From the human T2T-CHM13v2.0 reference genome, Homo sapiens, in the NCBI RefSeq assembly GCF_009914755.1, contig NC_060942.1: a stretch of 64,000 nucleotides of DNA, one strand, 5' to 3'. Position numbers and translations under genes: made by a program. How positions within the stretch are numbered: position 1 is the first letter of the stretch; every line of letters begins with the position of its first letter. A model generated the notes under the pieces. That model saw only the letters and a program-made list of their open reading frames with translations. It ran no database searches and was not told the origin of the DNA. Positions 63,795 through 64,000 of this stretch are shown here, piece after piece.

Positions 63795-64000
63795 AATCTT
63801 TTTCTGTGTCTATTGAGATGATCATGTTATTTTTTGTTTTTAATTCTGTTTATATGGTGTATCACATTTATTGATTTGCAGATGTTAAACCATTCCTGCA
63901 TTCCTGATATGAAACCCACTTGATCATGGTGGATTATCTTTTTGCTATGCTATTGTATTCTGTTATAGCTAGTATTTTATTGATGATTTTTGCATCTATG
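63795..64000 (-). mobile_element. L1 ORF2 (reverse transcriptase region) fragment running off the right edge
   Basis: Translation MIISIDTEKDF resembles L1 ORF2 MIISIDAEKAF; upstream sequence matches the L1 [15 protein letters not shown] region. Confidence 0.85.

Noticed and set aside
63622-63825. RT-like ORF suggesting an active retroelement
   Set aside because: Only about 11 residues resemble L1 ORF2 before the element ends; it is a degenerate fragment.

Overview
This is primate, almost certainly human, genomic DNA. The whole window lies inside the N-cadherin gene CDH2, which is transcribed on the minus strand. I mapped 13 consecutive GT-AG coding exons (exons 3-15 by my recollection of the reference numbering, 60854 down to 10291). 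They total 2342 nt and join in frame. They encode the end of the prodomain, the RQKR|DW furin site, EC1-EC5, the transmembrane helix and most of the cytoplasmic tail. Exons 1-2 and 16 fall outside the window. The rest is intron, filled with Alu, L1, L2, MIR, MaLR/ERV1 LTRs, hAT/mariner relics and microsatellites. I found no new biological system, and almost all ORF-track entries outside the exons are spurious or repeat-derived. Points worth a second look: a haplotype carrying p.Ala118Thr relative to the reference as I recall it, a short L1 with an apparent 3' transduction, an intact sense-oriented ERV1 solo LTR in intron 14, candidate intronic polyadenylation and antisense exon signals, a three-level nested insertion, and inverted Alu pairs. 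Repeat subfamily names and c./p. numbering come from recalled consensus and reference sequences and were not computed.
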